NCBI GenBank assembly: GCA_963674755.2
Contig: CAXXVS010000003.1
Span: 736,001-800,000, forward strand
Direction: 5' to 3'
DNA length: 64,000 bases
DNA from: Desulfobacterales bacterium
GTDB lineage: Bacteria; Desulfobacterota; Desulfobacteria; Desulfobacterales; UBA5852
The notes under the pieces were generated by a model. That model saw nothing but the letters and a program-made list of their open reading frames with translations, was not told where the DNA came from and ran no database searches. Of the stretch, positions 28,681-37,642 are shown in pieces (position 1 is the first letter of the stretch; each line of letters opens with the position of its first letter). The translations under genes and the position numbers were made by a program.

Positions 28681-29772
28681 GGGACGCCCTTTATATATTT
28701 ATATTTACATACCCGACCGTTTTCTGATATACATCTGAAATGCCCCGACAAGCGCGAATCGATGCTCCCGGTGCGGTCCACCACATCATTGTCAGAGGAA
28801 TCGAACGGCGTAAGATCTTCCTTGACGACCAGGACCGCGACAACTTCGTAAACCGGCTGGGCGACCTGGTTATAGAAACCCAGACCCCATGTTTCGCCTG
28901 GGCGCTGCTTCCCAATCATTTCCATCTTCTGCTGCAAACCGGTTCCGTTCCCATCGCCACGTTGATGCGCCGGCTGCTGACAGGTTATGCTATCGGCTTT
29001 AACCGACGTCACCGCCGCAGCGGCCATCTGTTTCAGAACCGCTATAAATCTATCTTGTGCGAAGAAGATGTTTATCTAAAGGAACTGGTTCGCTACATCC
29101 ATCTGAATCCTTTGAGGGCCAAGGTGGTTAATGACATCGTGGCCTTGGAGGGATACCGGTTTGCCGGTCACAGCTATTTGATGGGCAAACAGGAAAACGA
29201 TTGGCAGGCGCTCGACCGTGTATTGTCCTTGTTTGGAAAGCGTACATCCCCGGCCCGGCGCCAGTATCGCGAGTACGTTAAAAAGGGCTTGGACCAGGGT
29301 CGCCGGCCGGAATTGATCGGAGGCGGTTTGGTTCGAAGCACCGGCGGCTGGAAGGCCGTGCGATCACAGCGCCAAGCGGGTCTCCTTTTGAAAAGCGACG
29401 AACGGATTTTGGGCAGCAGCGAATTTGTGGGCAAGGTCCTGGCGGAAGCTCAGGAAGCTATGCAAAACAAGTATGTTCTGAGATCCAAAGGCATCGGGCT
29501 CGATGAGGTGATGAAAGCAGTAGCCCGTGAGCTGTCCATTGAAATGCAGGTGCTCATCGGTCCCGGTAAAGCGCGCACCATCGTCAAGGCCCGCCAGTTA
29601 GTGTGCCACTGGGCCGTGACAGAGCTGGGGTTGCCGATGACCGATGTCGCGCGACGGCTGGGCATTGCCGTACCAACCGTCAGTGTTGCGGCCAAAAAGG
29701 GCCGGGGACTTGCCGATAGGGAGCGATGGGTATTAGCCGATCTCCTAAATATAAAGGTATAAAGGGCGTCCC
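28681..29772 (+). mobile_element. HUH/Y1 transposase element bounded by 27-bp terminal inverted repeats
   Basis: Left GGGACGCCCTTTATATATTTATATTTA (28681-28707) versus the reverse complement of 29746-29772: 25 of 27 identical. Confidence 0.8.
28740..29762 (+). CDS. RAYT-like / IS200-superfamily Y1 transposase with a C-terminal HTH
   Basis: MPRQAR..HHIIVRG, NHFHLLL (HUH), GHLFQNRYKS, RYIHLNP (catalytic Tyr), C-terminal ARQLVCHWAVTELG...VARRLG. Confidence 0.9.
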   Translation: MPRQARIDAPGAVHHIIVRGIERRKIFLDDQDRDNFVNRLGDLVIETQTPCFAWALLPNHFHLLLQTGSVPIATLMRRLLTGYAIGFNRRHRRSGHLFQNRYKSILCEEDVYLKELVRYIHLNPLRAKVVNDIVALEGYRFAGHSYLMGKQENDWQALDRVLSLFGKRTSPARRQYREYVKKGLDQGRRPELIGGGLVRSTGGWKAVRSQRQAGLLLKSDERILGSSEFVGKVLAEAQEAMQNKYVLRSKGIGLDEVMKAVARELSIEMQVLIGPGKARTIVKARQLVCHWAVTELGLPMTDVARRLGIAVPTVSVAAKKGRGLADRERWVLADLLNIKV

Positions 29773-29821
29773 ATAGACGTCCCCGGTGAATAGTTAGCCG
29801 AGAATAGTGCGACGATAGAAA

Positions 29822-30952
29822 ATGGATGTCGTATTAAAAGCCAATCGAATTGCAGCGATCGACATCGCGCGCTTTTATGCCATCGCGCTTGTCTTCTACG
29901 GCCACTTTATCGAAGAATTGATGCTGCTGAAAAATCCGGCCGCCGCCAGTCAATACAAATTTATCTACGCCTTCCATATGGTGCTGTTCATTGTCCTGGC
30001 TGGATATGTGGCCAAGGAAAGCGACGTCGAATGGCGTTGGGGCCAATTTTTAAAGCATCGGTTTTTCACGCGGCTTTTGCCCTTCATCTTCTTCACGTTA
30101 GTGATGATGATCCCGCCGATTTTCTTCCAGGGCAAGGTTTTCGGCATGGTATTGCCCAGCGTCGAGGGGTATAGCCGGGGGCTTGTCAACACCATTTTCG
30201 GTCTGCCGTCGTTTTGTATTCCCTCGTGGTTCCTGTTGCTGATTATCGGAATCGAATTGCTTCATTATACGGCGTTTCGCTTTCTAAAAGACTCCAATGC
30301 CAAAATCCTGATGGCCGCAGGCCTATTCTACGTTGCAGGCTACTGGCTGAACCTGAAGCTCGACTTGTTCAACCCCCTCAAAGGCCGCATCGTCGGCTGG
30401 AACTATTTCTTTATCCATGAGGCCATTGTCCTGTACGGCTTCTATTTGCTGGGCATATATCTCCGTCGCAAGCGCGTTTTTGTAAACCGGATGACATTCA
30501 AGATCTTAGTTCCGGGCGCGGTTGCGGCGTTCTTAATCGTCTTGTTGACCTACAAACTTAACACCGGCCCGTTCAATTTTAATGTCTATAACGATGTGGT
30601 CATATTGTTTTCTTCCCACGGCCATTTCCTGCTGTTCCCTTTTACCGCCATAGCCGGCTGCGCCCTCATACTGCTATGCGCTGCTATGACACCCGCCAGA
30701 GACACCTTCGTTTGGCTGGGACAAAACACCCTTATTCTTATGTGTCTGAACGGCATTTTCTATCACTACATCAACCCGCCGACGGCCAAGTGGGTGCTGG
30801 CCAACCTTTCCGAATCGGCGGTCGGCATATTCGGTATCGGTTTCGCCATGACGGCGGCCAGTCTGGCGCTGTGCATGCCCTTTATTTATCTGCTCAACAG
30901 GTTTGTCCCGCATCTCGTGGGCAAACCGCAATTATCAAAATATTTTGCATAA
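29822..30952 (+). CDS. Acyltransferase 3 family membrane protein
   Basis: RIAAIDIAR..AIALVFYGH, IYAFHMVLF.VLAGY, WFLL, LGQNTLIL. Confidence 0.85.
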   Translation: MDVVLKANRIAAIDIARFYAIALVFYGHFIEELMLLKNPAAASQYKFIYAFHMVLFIVLAGYVAKESDVEWRWGQFLKHRFFTRLLPFIFFTLVMMIPPIFFQGKVFGMVLPSVEGYSRGLVNTIFGLPSFCIPSWFLLLIIGIELLHYTAFRFLKDSNAKILMAAGLFYVAGYWLNLKLDLFNPLKGRIVGWNYFFIHEAIVLYGFYLLGIYLRRKRVFVNRMTFKILVPGAVAAFLIVLLTYKLNTGPFNFNVYNDVVILFSSHGHFLLFPFTAIAGCALILLCAAMTPARDTFVWLGQNTLILMCLNGIFYHYINPPTAKWVLANLSESAVGIFGIGFAMTAASLALCMPFIYLLNRFVPHLVGKPQLSKYFA

Positions 30953-31024
30953 CATGGCCTGCATTTTCGCTGGCTGCCGACAACCCTGTTTATCGCCTTC
31001 TTATGCCTGCCCCTCATTTCACTT

Positions 31025-31747
31025 GTGTATTTAAGTTTCATTTCGACCTTGAGCGGCACCGCAACCCCGGTGGGGCAATTGACCCTGTCCAATTACCTTC
31101 ACGTTTTTCAAAATCCGGCCCTGACGGCTTCCATCATCAACTCCGTAAGCTATGTCATCTTAAATATTCTCATGACCATCCCGGTTGCGCTGCTGGCCGC
31201 CTACGCTTTTTCACGCTATTCTTTTGCGGGCGATCAGCATCTTTTTTTCGGCTTTCTAACCCTGCGGATGACGCCACCGGTGGTCATGGTGCTTCCGGTA
31301 TTTCTCATATTTGCCGCTCTGGACCTCATCAACAAACCGCTTGCGATCGCCCTGGCGCATTGTTTGTTTAACGTGCCCATTTCCATCTGGGTGCTGGAAA
31401 GCTTTATCTCGGCCATTCCCCAGGAACTGGACGAAACGGCCTTTATCGACGGCTATTCCCACTTCGGGTTTTTTGCCAGGGTGCTGATTCCCCTGCTGGC
31501 GCCGGGAATCGCGGTGGCCTGTTTCTTCTGCTTCATGTTTTCATGGGTCGAGGTGGTCTTTGCCCGGATATTGACGGTGACCGCCGGCAAACCCATCAGC
31601 ATGGCGATATCCGCCCTGTTTACGTTTCGAACCGATATCGGCCTTGTCATGGCGATGACGGTCCTTTCCATTATTCCGGGCGCCCTGATGATCTATTTTG
31701 TGCGCAATCACATTGCCAAGGGGTTTATGATCAGGCAGGTCAGCTGA
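31025..31747 (+). CDS. Carbohydrate ABC transporter permease (glycerol GlpQ-like), start uncertain
   Basis: EAA-loop IPQELDETAFIDG, FCFMFSWVE, VRNHIAKGF; frame is open back to the acyltransferase stop with no in-frame ATG. Confidence 0.78.
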   Translation: MYLSFISTLSGTATPVGQLTLSNYLHVFQNPALTASIINSVSYVILNILMTIPVALLAAYAFSRYSFAGDQHLFFGFLTLRMTPPVVMVLPVFLIFAALDLINKPLAIALAHCLFNVPISIWVLESFISAIPQELDETAFIDGYSHFGFFARVLIPLLAPGIAVACFFCFMFSWVEVVFARILTVTAGKPISMAISALFTFRTDIGLVMAMTVLSIIPGALMIYFVRNHIAKGFMIRQVS

Positions 31748-31753
31748 GGGGAT

Positions 31754-32611
31754 TTATTGAAGAGCCAAAGAGCGGCGCCTTTCGAGAGCGGCTTTGAAGG
31801 CCCACGATACGGTTAAGATGATGATAAAATAGATGATCGACCGGGCGGCCGCAGGACCCACGTCATACCCCACAACCTCCGTGCCCAGCTCCATGGCTAA
31901 AAAACTGGTCGAACTGCGGGGACCGCCGGCATTGAGAAGGAAGGGCTCGGTGTAGACCATCAGGCTGTCGATAAAGCGCAGCAGGATCGCCATCAGCAAT
32001 ACACTTCGCATTCCGGGAAGTTCGATGTAACGGAACAGATTCCAGCGGGACGCCCCATCGACGGCGGCGGCCTGGTAGAAAGCGGCGGGTATGGTTGTCA
32101 GGCTGGAATAGCAAAGTAAAACAACAAGGCTCGTCCAGTGCCAGACGTCCATCAGGACAATCGAGATCCATGTATGAAAGGCGTTTAATTTCCAATCAAA
32201 CCCCACGCCCACGGTCGCCAACGACTTGGTGAGGATTTCCAGAAAGACACGCCAAATGATGGCAATCATATTCCAGGGCACCAATAACGGCAGCGATATG
32301 GCAACAAGGCATACGGCAACCAGGGCACCTTTTTTCTGTAAGGATAAGGCAATGGATATGCCCAGGGGAATTTCAATCATCAAAATCAGGGATGAAAACA
32401 GGAGGCTGCTGCCCAGGGTTTCCCAGAACCGGCGGGAGCGCAATAATTCGCTATACCATTCAGCGCCGACCCAGATCTTGGACTCGAGTGAGAAAATGTC
32501 GTGGAAGGAATAATTCACGACCATAACCAGCGGCATTACCGCAACGAATCCCAGCAGCATGAGCGCCGGCATTACGAAAAACCAGGCCCTGTTATTGGTT
32601 GTTTTGACCAT
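31754..32611 (-). CDS. Carbohydrate ABC transporter permease (glycerol GlpP-like)
   Basis: MVKTTNNRAWFFVMP, MDVWHWTSLVVLLCY, YQAAAVDGASRW. Confidence 0.85.
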   Translation of the reverse strand: MVKTTNNRAWFFVMPALMLLGFVAVMPLVMVVNYSFHDIFSLESKIWVGAEWYSELLRSRRFWETLGSSLLFSSLILMIEIPLGISIALSLQKKGALVAVCLVAISLPLLVPWNMIAIIWRVFLEILTKSLATVGVGFDWKLNAFHTWISIVLMDVWHWTSLVVLLCYSSLTTIPAAFYQAAAVDGASRWNLFRYIELPGMRSVLLMAILLRFIDSLMVYTEPFLLNAGGPRSSTSFLAMELGTEVVGYDVGPAAARSIIYFIIILTVSWAFKAALERRRSLALQ

Positions 32612-32827
32612 GACCGATCATGAGCGTTTATTCCGGTAGCAGGCAGGAACAGGGGCGTCGGAACTTCCCTTTCAATCGCGTCACTACAATAAAGATGCGC
32701 TTTCGGTGTCAATGGACAGCGTGGGGACGGTCATTCATAGATTGATTGGGAGCAGGTCTCAACTTTTTCCGCAGGCATATCCGCTTTGGTTCCTCGCTTT
32801 GCCAGTCCCCCAAGCCCCCTCAATGTC

Positions 32828-33808
32828 TCACCCGCCGATCCCGTTCATTCCGCGCACGCATTTCCGCCGCCGGTGCGGGCTCAAGCCGTGGTCCCGGGGT
32901 TTGTTGAGAATGGTGTTTTGGATCAGGTCCGTCAAGACGTCATCCGTGGCGCCCTGCCGCAGGGGTGTTTTGAGATCCGTTTCCTGCTCGGAAAAAAGAC
33001 AACTGCGTAGGTGACCGTCGGCCGTGAGGCGCAGCCGGTTGCAGGTGGCACAGAAGTGGTGGCTGAGCGCTGCGATCAAACCGATTTCGCCTTGGGCGCC
33101 TTTCAGGGCGTACCGTCGGGAGGGGCCGTCCAGGGGACGGGAATTGAGGCGGCGCAAGGGTCCGAGGGGGCGGATCCGTTCCAGAATGGCATCGCTGGAG
33201 AGAAAGGCCCGGCGCTCCCAGGCGGTGCCTTGTACCCCGGGCATCAGTTCGATGAAACGCACGTGATAGGGACGGCGCTGGGTGAGCCGGACGAAATCCT
33301 GCACCTCGTCGTCATTGACACCCTGCATGGCCACCACATTGATTTTTACCGGGGTCAGCCCGGCAGCCTCCGCGGCCATGATGCCTTCCCAGACCCGGGC
33401 AAAGGCGTCCCGCCGGGTAATGCGGGCGAAACGGTCCGGCTGAAGGGTATCCATACTGACGTTGACCCGGCAAAGCCTGCTGCGGCGCAGGTCCCAGGCC
33501 ACATCTTTCAGCAGGACACCGTTGGTGGTCAGGGTGATCTCCTCCAGCCCCGCGATTTCGCCGAGGCGGTGCAGGAATCCGACAATGCCTTTGCGCACCA
33601 GGGGTTCGCCTCCGGTGACGCGCACCTTGCGGATGCCCTGCCGGACACAGAGCCTTACCAGGTGCAGCATTTCCTCGTAGGTGAGAATATCGCAATGGGG
33701 AACAAAGCGGATTCCTTTTTCCGGCATACAGTAGATGCACCGCAGATTACAGCGGTCGGTGACGGAGAGGCGTAAATAGTTGATGGTGCGGTGGTGGTAA
33801 TCCTGCAA
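32828..33808 (-). CDS. moaA: GTP 3',8-cyclase (molybdenum cofactor biosynthesis protein A)
   Basis: YLRLSVTDRCNLRCIYCMP, TGGEPL, FCATCNRLRLTADG..C, C-terminal IGG. Confidence 0.95.
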   Translation of the reverse strand: MQDYHHRTINYLRLSVTDRCNLRCIYCMPEKGIRFVPHCDILTYEEMLHLVRLCVRQGIRKVRVTGGEPLVRKGIVGFLHRLGEIAGLEEITLTTNGVLLKDVAWDLRRSRLCRVNVSMDTLQPDRFARITRRDAFARVWEGIMAAEAAGLTPVKINVVAMQGVNDDEVQDFVRLTQRRPYHVRFIELMPGVQGTAWERRAFLSSDAILERIRPLGPLRRLNSRPLDGPSRRYALKGAQGEIGLIAALSHHFCATCNRLRLTADGHLRSCLFSEQETDLKTPLRQGATDDVLTDLIQNTILNKPRDHGLSPHRRRKCVRGMNGIGG

Positions 33809-33874
33809 ATTTACCTCGGTGGTTGATACCCAGGGGGGGCCGCTTTGTGGGGACGACTCTCGACGAAGGGCGCT

Positions 33875-34081
33875 TTATTGGCGAAGTGACGAACCCGGTG
33901 CCAGCATGATCAGATTCTCATCCACCAGATCGATGCTCTCGATGGCGCCTTCCACAAAGGCGCGCTTTCCGAAAAGATCGATCAGCCAGTAGCCGTCACC
34001 TTCGGCTTCGATGCGGGCCACATCCCGCATGATCTCCCGGGGGGCATCCTTCTCTTTCAGACAAACCGTACTCAAACACAT
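33875..34081 (-). CDS. cooT: CooT-family nickel-binding protein
   Basis: 68 aa, MC start, IMRDV..I...LIDLFG....V.G.I..IDL; AGGAGG RBS. Confidence 0.75.
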   Translation of the reverse strand: MCLSTVCLKEKDAPREIMRDVARIEAEGDGYWLIDLFGKRAFVEGAIESIDLVDENLIMLAPGSSLRQ

Positions 34082-34099
34082 AGCATCCTCCTATCGGCA

Positions 34100-34335
34100 G
34101 GGCGATCAGGTCCGCAAGGCATCCAGGATTCGGCCCGCTGCGACGACAGTACGCCTTCGGCAACCCCGCGCCCTTCCAGGCCCGCCTCGAAGACACGCGG
34201 ATCGTTCGGCAGGGTCCCGATCACCTCGATGCCGCGATGGCCCGGTTCTTCCCGCAACCGGTCGGCAATTTCCGGTGAGGGAACCTTGTTCAGCACCGCC
34301 GCCACCGCTTTGCCCTTGGCCCCGGCCAACCCGGC
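34100..34335 (-). pseudogene. C-terminal fragment of a CooC-like P-loop ATPase
   Basis: AVLNKVP...L......GIEVIGTLPNDPRVFEAGLEG with no Walker A or start. Confidence 0.5.
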
Positions 34336-34339
34336 GGAA

Positions 34340-35206
34340 TCAGACCGCCAGGCGGCCGGCCACCCGGTCCCAGATCCGGCGGACGGCACGGGCCCCGGCG
34401 GATTCCGCGTCATACTCGACGATGGTTTGGCCCTGCACCATGGCGTGGGTAAAATTGGGGTCAAAGGGAATCCGCCCCAGGACCCCGACCCCTTTTCTCC
34501 GGGCATAAGTTTCGATGACATCCCCTTCTTCCGGGTTCAGGTCGTATTTGTTGATGCAGAGCATGGCCGGGATCTTGAAAAAAGAGGCCAGCTCGGCCAC
34601 CCGCTCCATGTCATGGCGGCCGGAGACGGTGGGCTCGGCCACGATCAGCACGGCTGTGGCACCCCCCAGGGAGGCGATCACCGGACAGCCGATGCCCGGT
34701 GGGCCGTCCGTGAGCAATAGATCGAACCGGTGGACTTCCGCCAGTTTTTTGCCTTCCTGACGGATCAGGGTCACGAGCTTGCCGGAATTCTCCTCGGCAA
34801 TTCCCAGCATGGCATACGCCATGGGGCCGAAGCGCGTATCGGAAAGATACCATTCGCCGCAGGTATTCAGCGGAAAATCGATGGCCTTTTCGGGACACAC
34901 GTAATAGCAGACCCCGCAGCCTTCGCACGCGATGGGGTCCACCACAAAGTCTTCACCGATGGCCTCCCACCGGCATAGGTCGCGGCACAGGCCGCACTGG
35001 GTGCAGCGGTCCGGATCGATGATGGCGGTATGGCCCGAATCAAAGTCGTGGCGCTCCCGGACCGACGGGTTCATGATGAGATGCAGATCGGCGGCATCGA
35101 CATCCGCGTCACAGACAACCTTGTTGCTGACGATCGAAGCGAAAGCGGCCACCAGACTGGTCTTGCCGGTCCCGCCCTTTCCGCTGATAACGACCAATTC
35201 CTTCAT
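34340..35206 (-). CDS. MinD-superfamily P-loop ATPase with inserted 4Fe-4S ferredoxin domain (Orp3/Orp4-like)
   Basis: ISGKGGTGKT, CTQCGLC...C, CEGCGVC...CP, DGPPGIGCPV. Confidence 0.9.
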   Translation of the reverse strand: MKELVVISGKGGTGKTSLVAAFASIVSNKVVCDADVDAADLHLIMNPSVRERHDFDSGHTAIIDPDRCTQCGLCRDLCRWEAIGEDFVVDPIACEGCGVCYYVCPEKAIDFPLNTCGEWYLSDTRFGPMAYAMLGIAEENSGKLVTLIRQEGKKLAEVHRFDLLLTDGPPGIGCPVIASLGGATAVLIVAEPTVSGRHDMERVAELASFFKIPAMLCINKYDLNPEEGDVIETYARRKGVGVLGRIPFDPNFTHAMVQGQTIVEYDAESAGARAVRRIWDRVAGRLAV

Positions 35207-35301
35207 GAGGAGCCTCTTTTATCGTTTTCGCCCCATGGGCCGACGGCCCATGACGCCTGGTAAGTGCAAGGGAAAGATCGAGAGCTGCCGACCGTCGGCA
35301 T

Positions 35302-36156
35302 CTAATCCGCAGCGGGGGCCCCGGCCACCCGTGCCTGGATCTGCTGGTGCAAGTCCTGGAAACGTGACCGCCACTCCGGCAGGGCCTTCACGATCAGTTC
35401 GCCCCGGGAATAGGCTTCGGCGATCCGGCGGTCGAAAGGAATCTCCATCAGGATCGGCAGGCCTTCCTCCCGGGCATAGTCCCGAACGCGGTCATCCCCC
35501 AGGTCGGCCCGATTGATGACCAGGCCGCAGGGAATCCCCAGCTTACGCACGGCCCCCACGGCCAGCTTGAGATCGTGGAGACCGAAGGGCGTGGGCTCCG
35601 TCACCATCAGGACGAAGTCCGCCCCACGCATGGCCGCAATGACCGGGCAGGAGGTACCGGGCGGTGCATCGATGATGGTCAGCGCGCCGTTACGGGTGTA
35701 GCCCCGCACCCGGCGGATCAGTGGCGGCGACATGGCTTCGCCGACCCGCAGTTTGCCGTGGATAAACTCGATAGCGTTGCGCCGGCCATGCTCGATCAGG
35801 CCGAGTTCCCGGTCGGTTTCGGTGATGGCCTTTTCCGGACAGACGTGCATGCAGCCGCCGCAGCTGTGGCACAACTCGGGAAACGGCAGTACCGTCTTCC
35901 CCAGCACCACGATAGCCTTGAACTGGCAAATCTCTCCGCATTTGCCGCAGAGCGTGCACTTGTCCATATCCACTTCGGGCACCGGGGTGGCAACGGTCAG
36001 GGCGGCGTCCATTTGCGGTCGAATGAACAGATGGGCGTTGGGCTCTTCCACATCACAGTCCAGCAATTGGATATCGCCCTGCAGCGCAACGGCCATATTG
36101 GTGGCCACCGTGGTTTTGCCGGTACCGCCCTTGCCGCTGGCGACACTGATGATCAT
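35302..36156 (-). CDS. MinD-superfamily P-loop ATPase with inserted 4Fe-4S ferredoxin domain (Orp3/Orp4-like)
   Basis: ASGKGGTGKT, DCDVEEPN, CTLCGKC, CHSCGGC..VCP, DAPPGTSCPV. Confidence 0.9.
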   Translation of the reverse strand: MIISVASGKGGTGKTTVATNMAVALQGDIQLLDCDVEEPNAHLFIRPQMDAALTVATPVPEVDMDKCTLCGKCGEICQFKAIVVLGKTVLPFPELCHSCGGCMHVCPEKAITETDRELGLIEHGRRNAIEFIHGKLRVGEAMSPPLIRRVRGYTRNGALTIIDAPPGTSCPVIAAMRGADFVLMVTEPTPFGLHDLKLAVGAVRKLGIPCGLVINRADLGDDRVRDYAREEGLPILMEIPFDRRIAEAYSRGELIVKALPEWRSRFQDLHQQIQARVAGAPAAD

Positions 36157-36300
36157 GATCAACTCCTTGTCGTGGATCCCATGGGGCGCTTTTCCTTTGA
36201 CGGGAGAAGCTCCCCCGGGGGGATGAAATGCCGGGACGCACTCGGCCGGGAGCCGATCAACGTCCGAACCCGCCCGGGCAACGATCCCCTGGACGGGCGG

Positions 36301-37533
36301 CTAATGGGTGCACCGGTTCTCGCCCGTGGTCAGACGCTCGTCCAGGTATTGCCGGACCAGCGCTTCGGGGGTATCGAGCGGCGCGCCGATGATCACCTCG
36401 ATTCCCATTTGGGTCAATAGATCGCGGGCCTGATCCCCCATTCCGCCGACGATGGCGACATTCGCACCCTGTTCATGGAGCCACCGGGGCAGCACTCCGG
36501 GTTCGTGGGCCGGCGGCGCCTTCAACCGGGTGGATCCGATCTGGCCGTCACGGGTTGCGATGAACGCAACCTGTTTACAATGGCCGAAGTGCGGGTCCAG
36601 TTTGTCCCCGGAAACGGGTATCGCCACCATCCGGTTGCCATTGGACGGCTTCCGGCCGGCCGCGGCCCGGACCGCGGCTTCCGCCGCCGCCCGGGCCCTC
36701 TCGGCCAGACTTTCCTCGACCGCCTCCACGATGCCGTCGAAAGCCCGATTGAACGGGGATTCGTCGGTCAAGGCCAAAGCCCCCCGGTCGGCATTCTGCA
36801 CCACCCGCGGCTCGAAGGGCAGGGTGCCCAGGAACCGCAGGCTTTCCTCGCGGGCGGTGCGTTCGCCGCCGCCGGTTTTGAAAAGGTCGATTTCCTTCCC
36901 GCAGTGAGGGCAGGTGAAGCCGCTCATGTTTTCAACGAGGCCCAGGATTTCCATCTTGACCTGCCGGCAGAAATTGATGGATTTGCGCACATCGGCCAGG
37001 GATATCTCCTGGGGGGTCGTCACAATCAAGGCCGTGGCCCGGGGAACGTTCTGTGCCACGCTGAGCGGCTCGTCCCCCGTGCCGGGAGGGGAATCAATCA
37101 CCAGATAGTCGAGCTCCGACCACTCGATATCGGCGATAAACTGCCGGATCACGCCGCCTTTGAGGGGGCCGCGCCAGATGGTGGCGGCATCCTTATCCCC
37201 CATCAGCACTTCGATGGACATGACTTCCAGATTGGGGGATAGCGCCACTGGACGCATTTTGCCCGCCTGGCGGCCGGGGCCGATCGATCCCTGCAAGCCC
37301 AGCATACGGGGAATGCTGGGACCGTGCAGGTCCACGTCCATGAGCCCGACCCGCTTTCCCCGGGCCGCCAGGGCCAAGGCCAGATGGGCGGCTACGCTGC
37401 TTTTGCCCACCCCACCCTTGCCGCTCATGACGAGGATTTTATGGGTCATCCGTTGGAGCCGCGCATAAATTTCGCGCGATTGGGCGTCGTACTCCGCTTT
37501 TCGTGCCTTTGCGTGGGTCTGCTGATCTTCCAT
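36301..37533 (-). CDS. Mrp/NBP35 Fe-S carrier ATPase fused to a NifB/NifX (Di-Nase) domain (MrpORP-like)
   Basis: SGKGGVGKS, IWRGP, DSPPGTGD, ENMSGFTCPHC; C-terminal PHFGHC...PPAHEPG..GGMG. Confidence 0.9.
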   Translation of the reverse strand: MEDQQTHAKARKAEYDAQSREIYARLQRMTHKILVMSGKGGVGKSSVAAHLALALAARGKRVGLMDVDLHGPSIPRMLGLQGSIGPGRQAGKMRPVALSPNLEVMSIEVLMGDKDAATIWRGPLKGGVIRQFIADIEWSELDYLVIDSPPGTGDEPLSVAQNVPRATALIVTTPQEISLADVRKSINFCRQVKMEILGLVENMSGFTCPHCGKEIDLFKTGGGERTAREESLRFLGTLPFEPRVVQNADRGALALTDESPFNRAFDGIVEAVEESLAERARAAAEAAVRAAAGRKPSNGNRMVAIPVSGDKLDPHFGHCKQVAFIATRDGQIGSTRLKAPPAHEPGVLPRWLHEQGANVAIVGGMGDQARDLLTQMGIEVIIGAPLDTPEALVRQYLDERLTTGENRCTH

Positions 37534-37642
37534 GGTGTTTGACCTTTTTCTTACGGGTTCTAATGACGTTATGACCTGAGCCGGGTCCAACCCGGTCCCG
37601 GGTCAAATCCGGTTGTCAAGCGAACCGGGGGGCAGCAACGGG

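Noticed and set aside
29793..29799. GTTAGCC integron-like core site before the acyltransferase
   Set aside because: No matching RYYYAAC inverse core or attC stem could be traced and there is no integrase gene; a 7-mer can occur by chance
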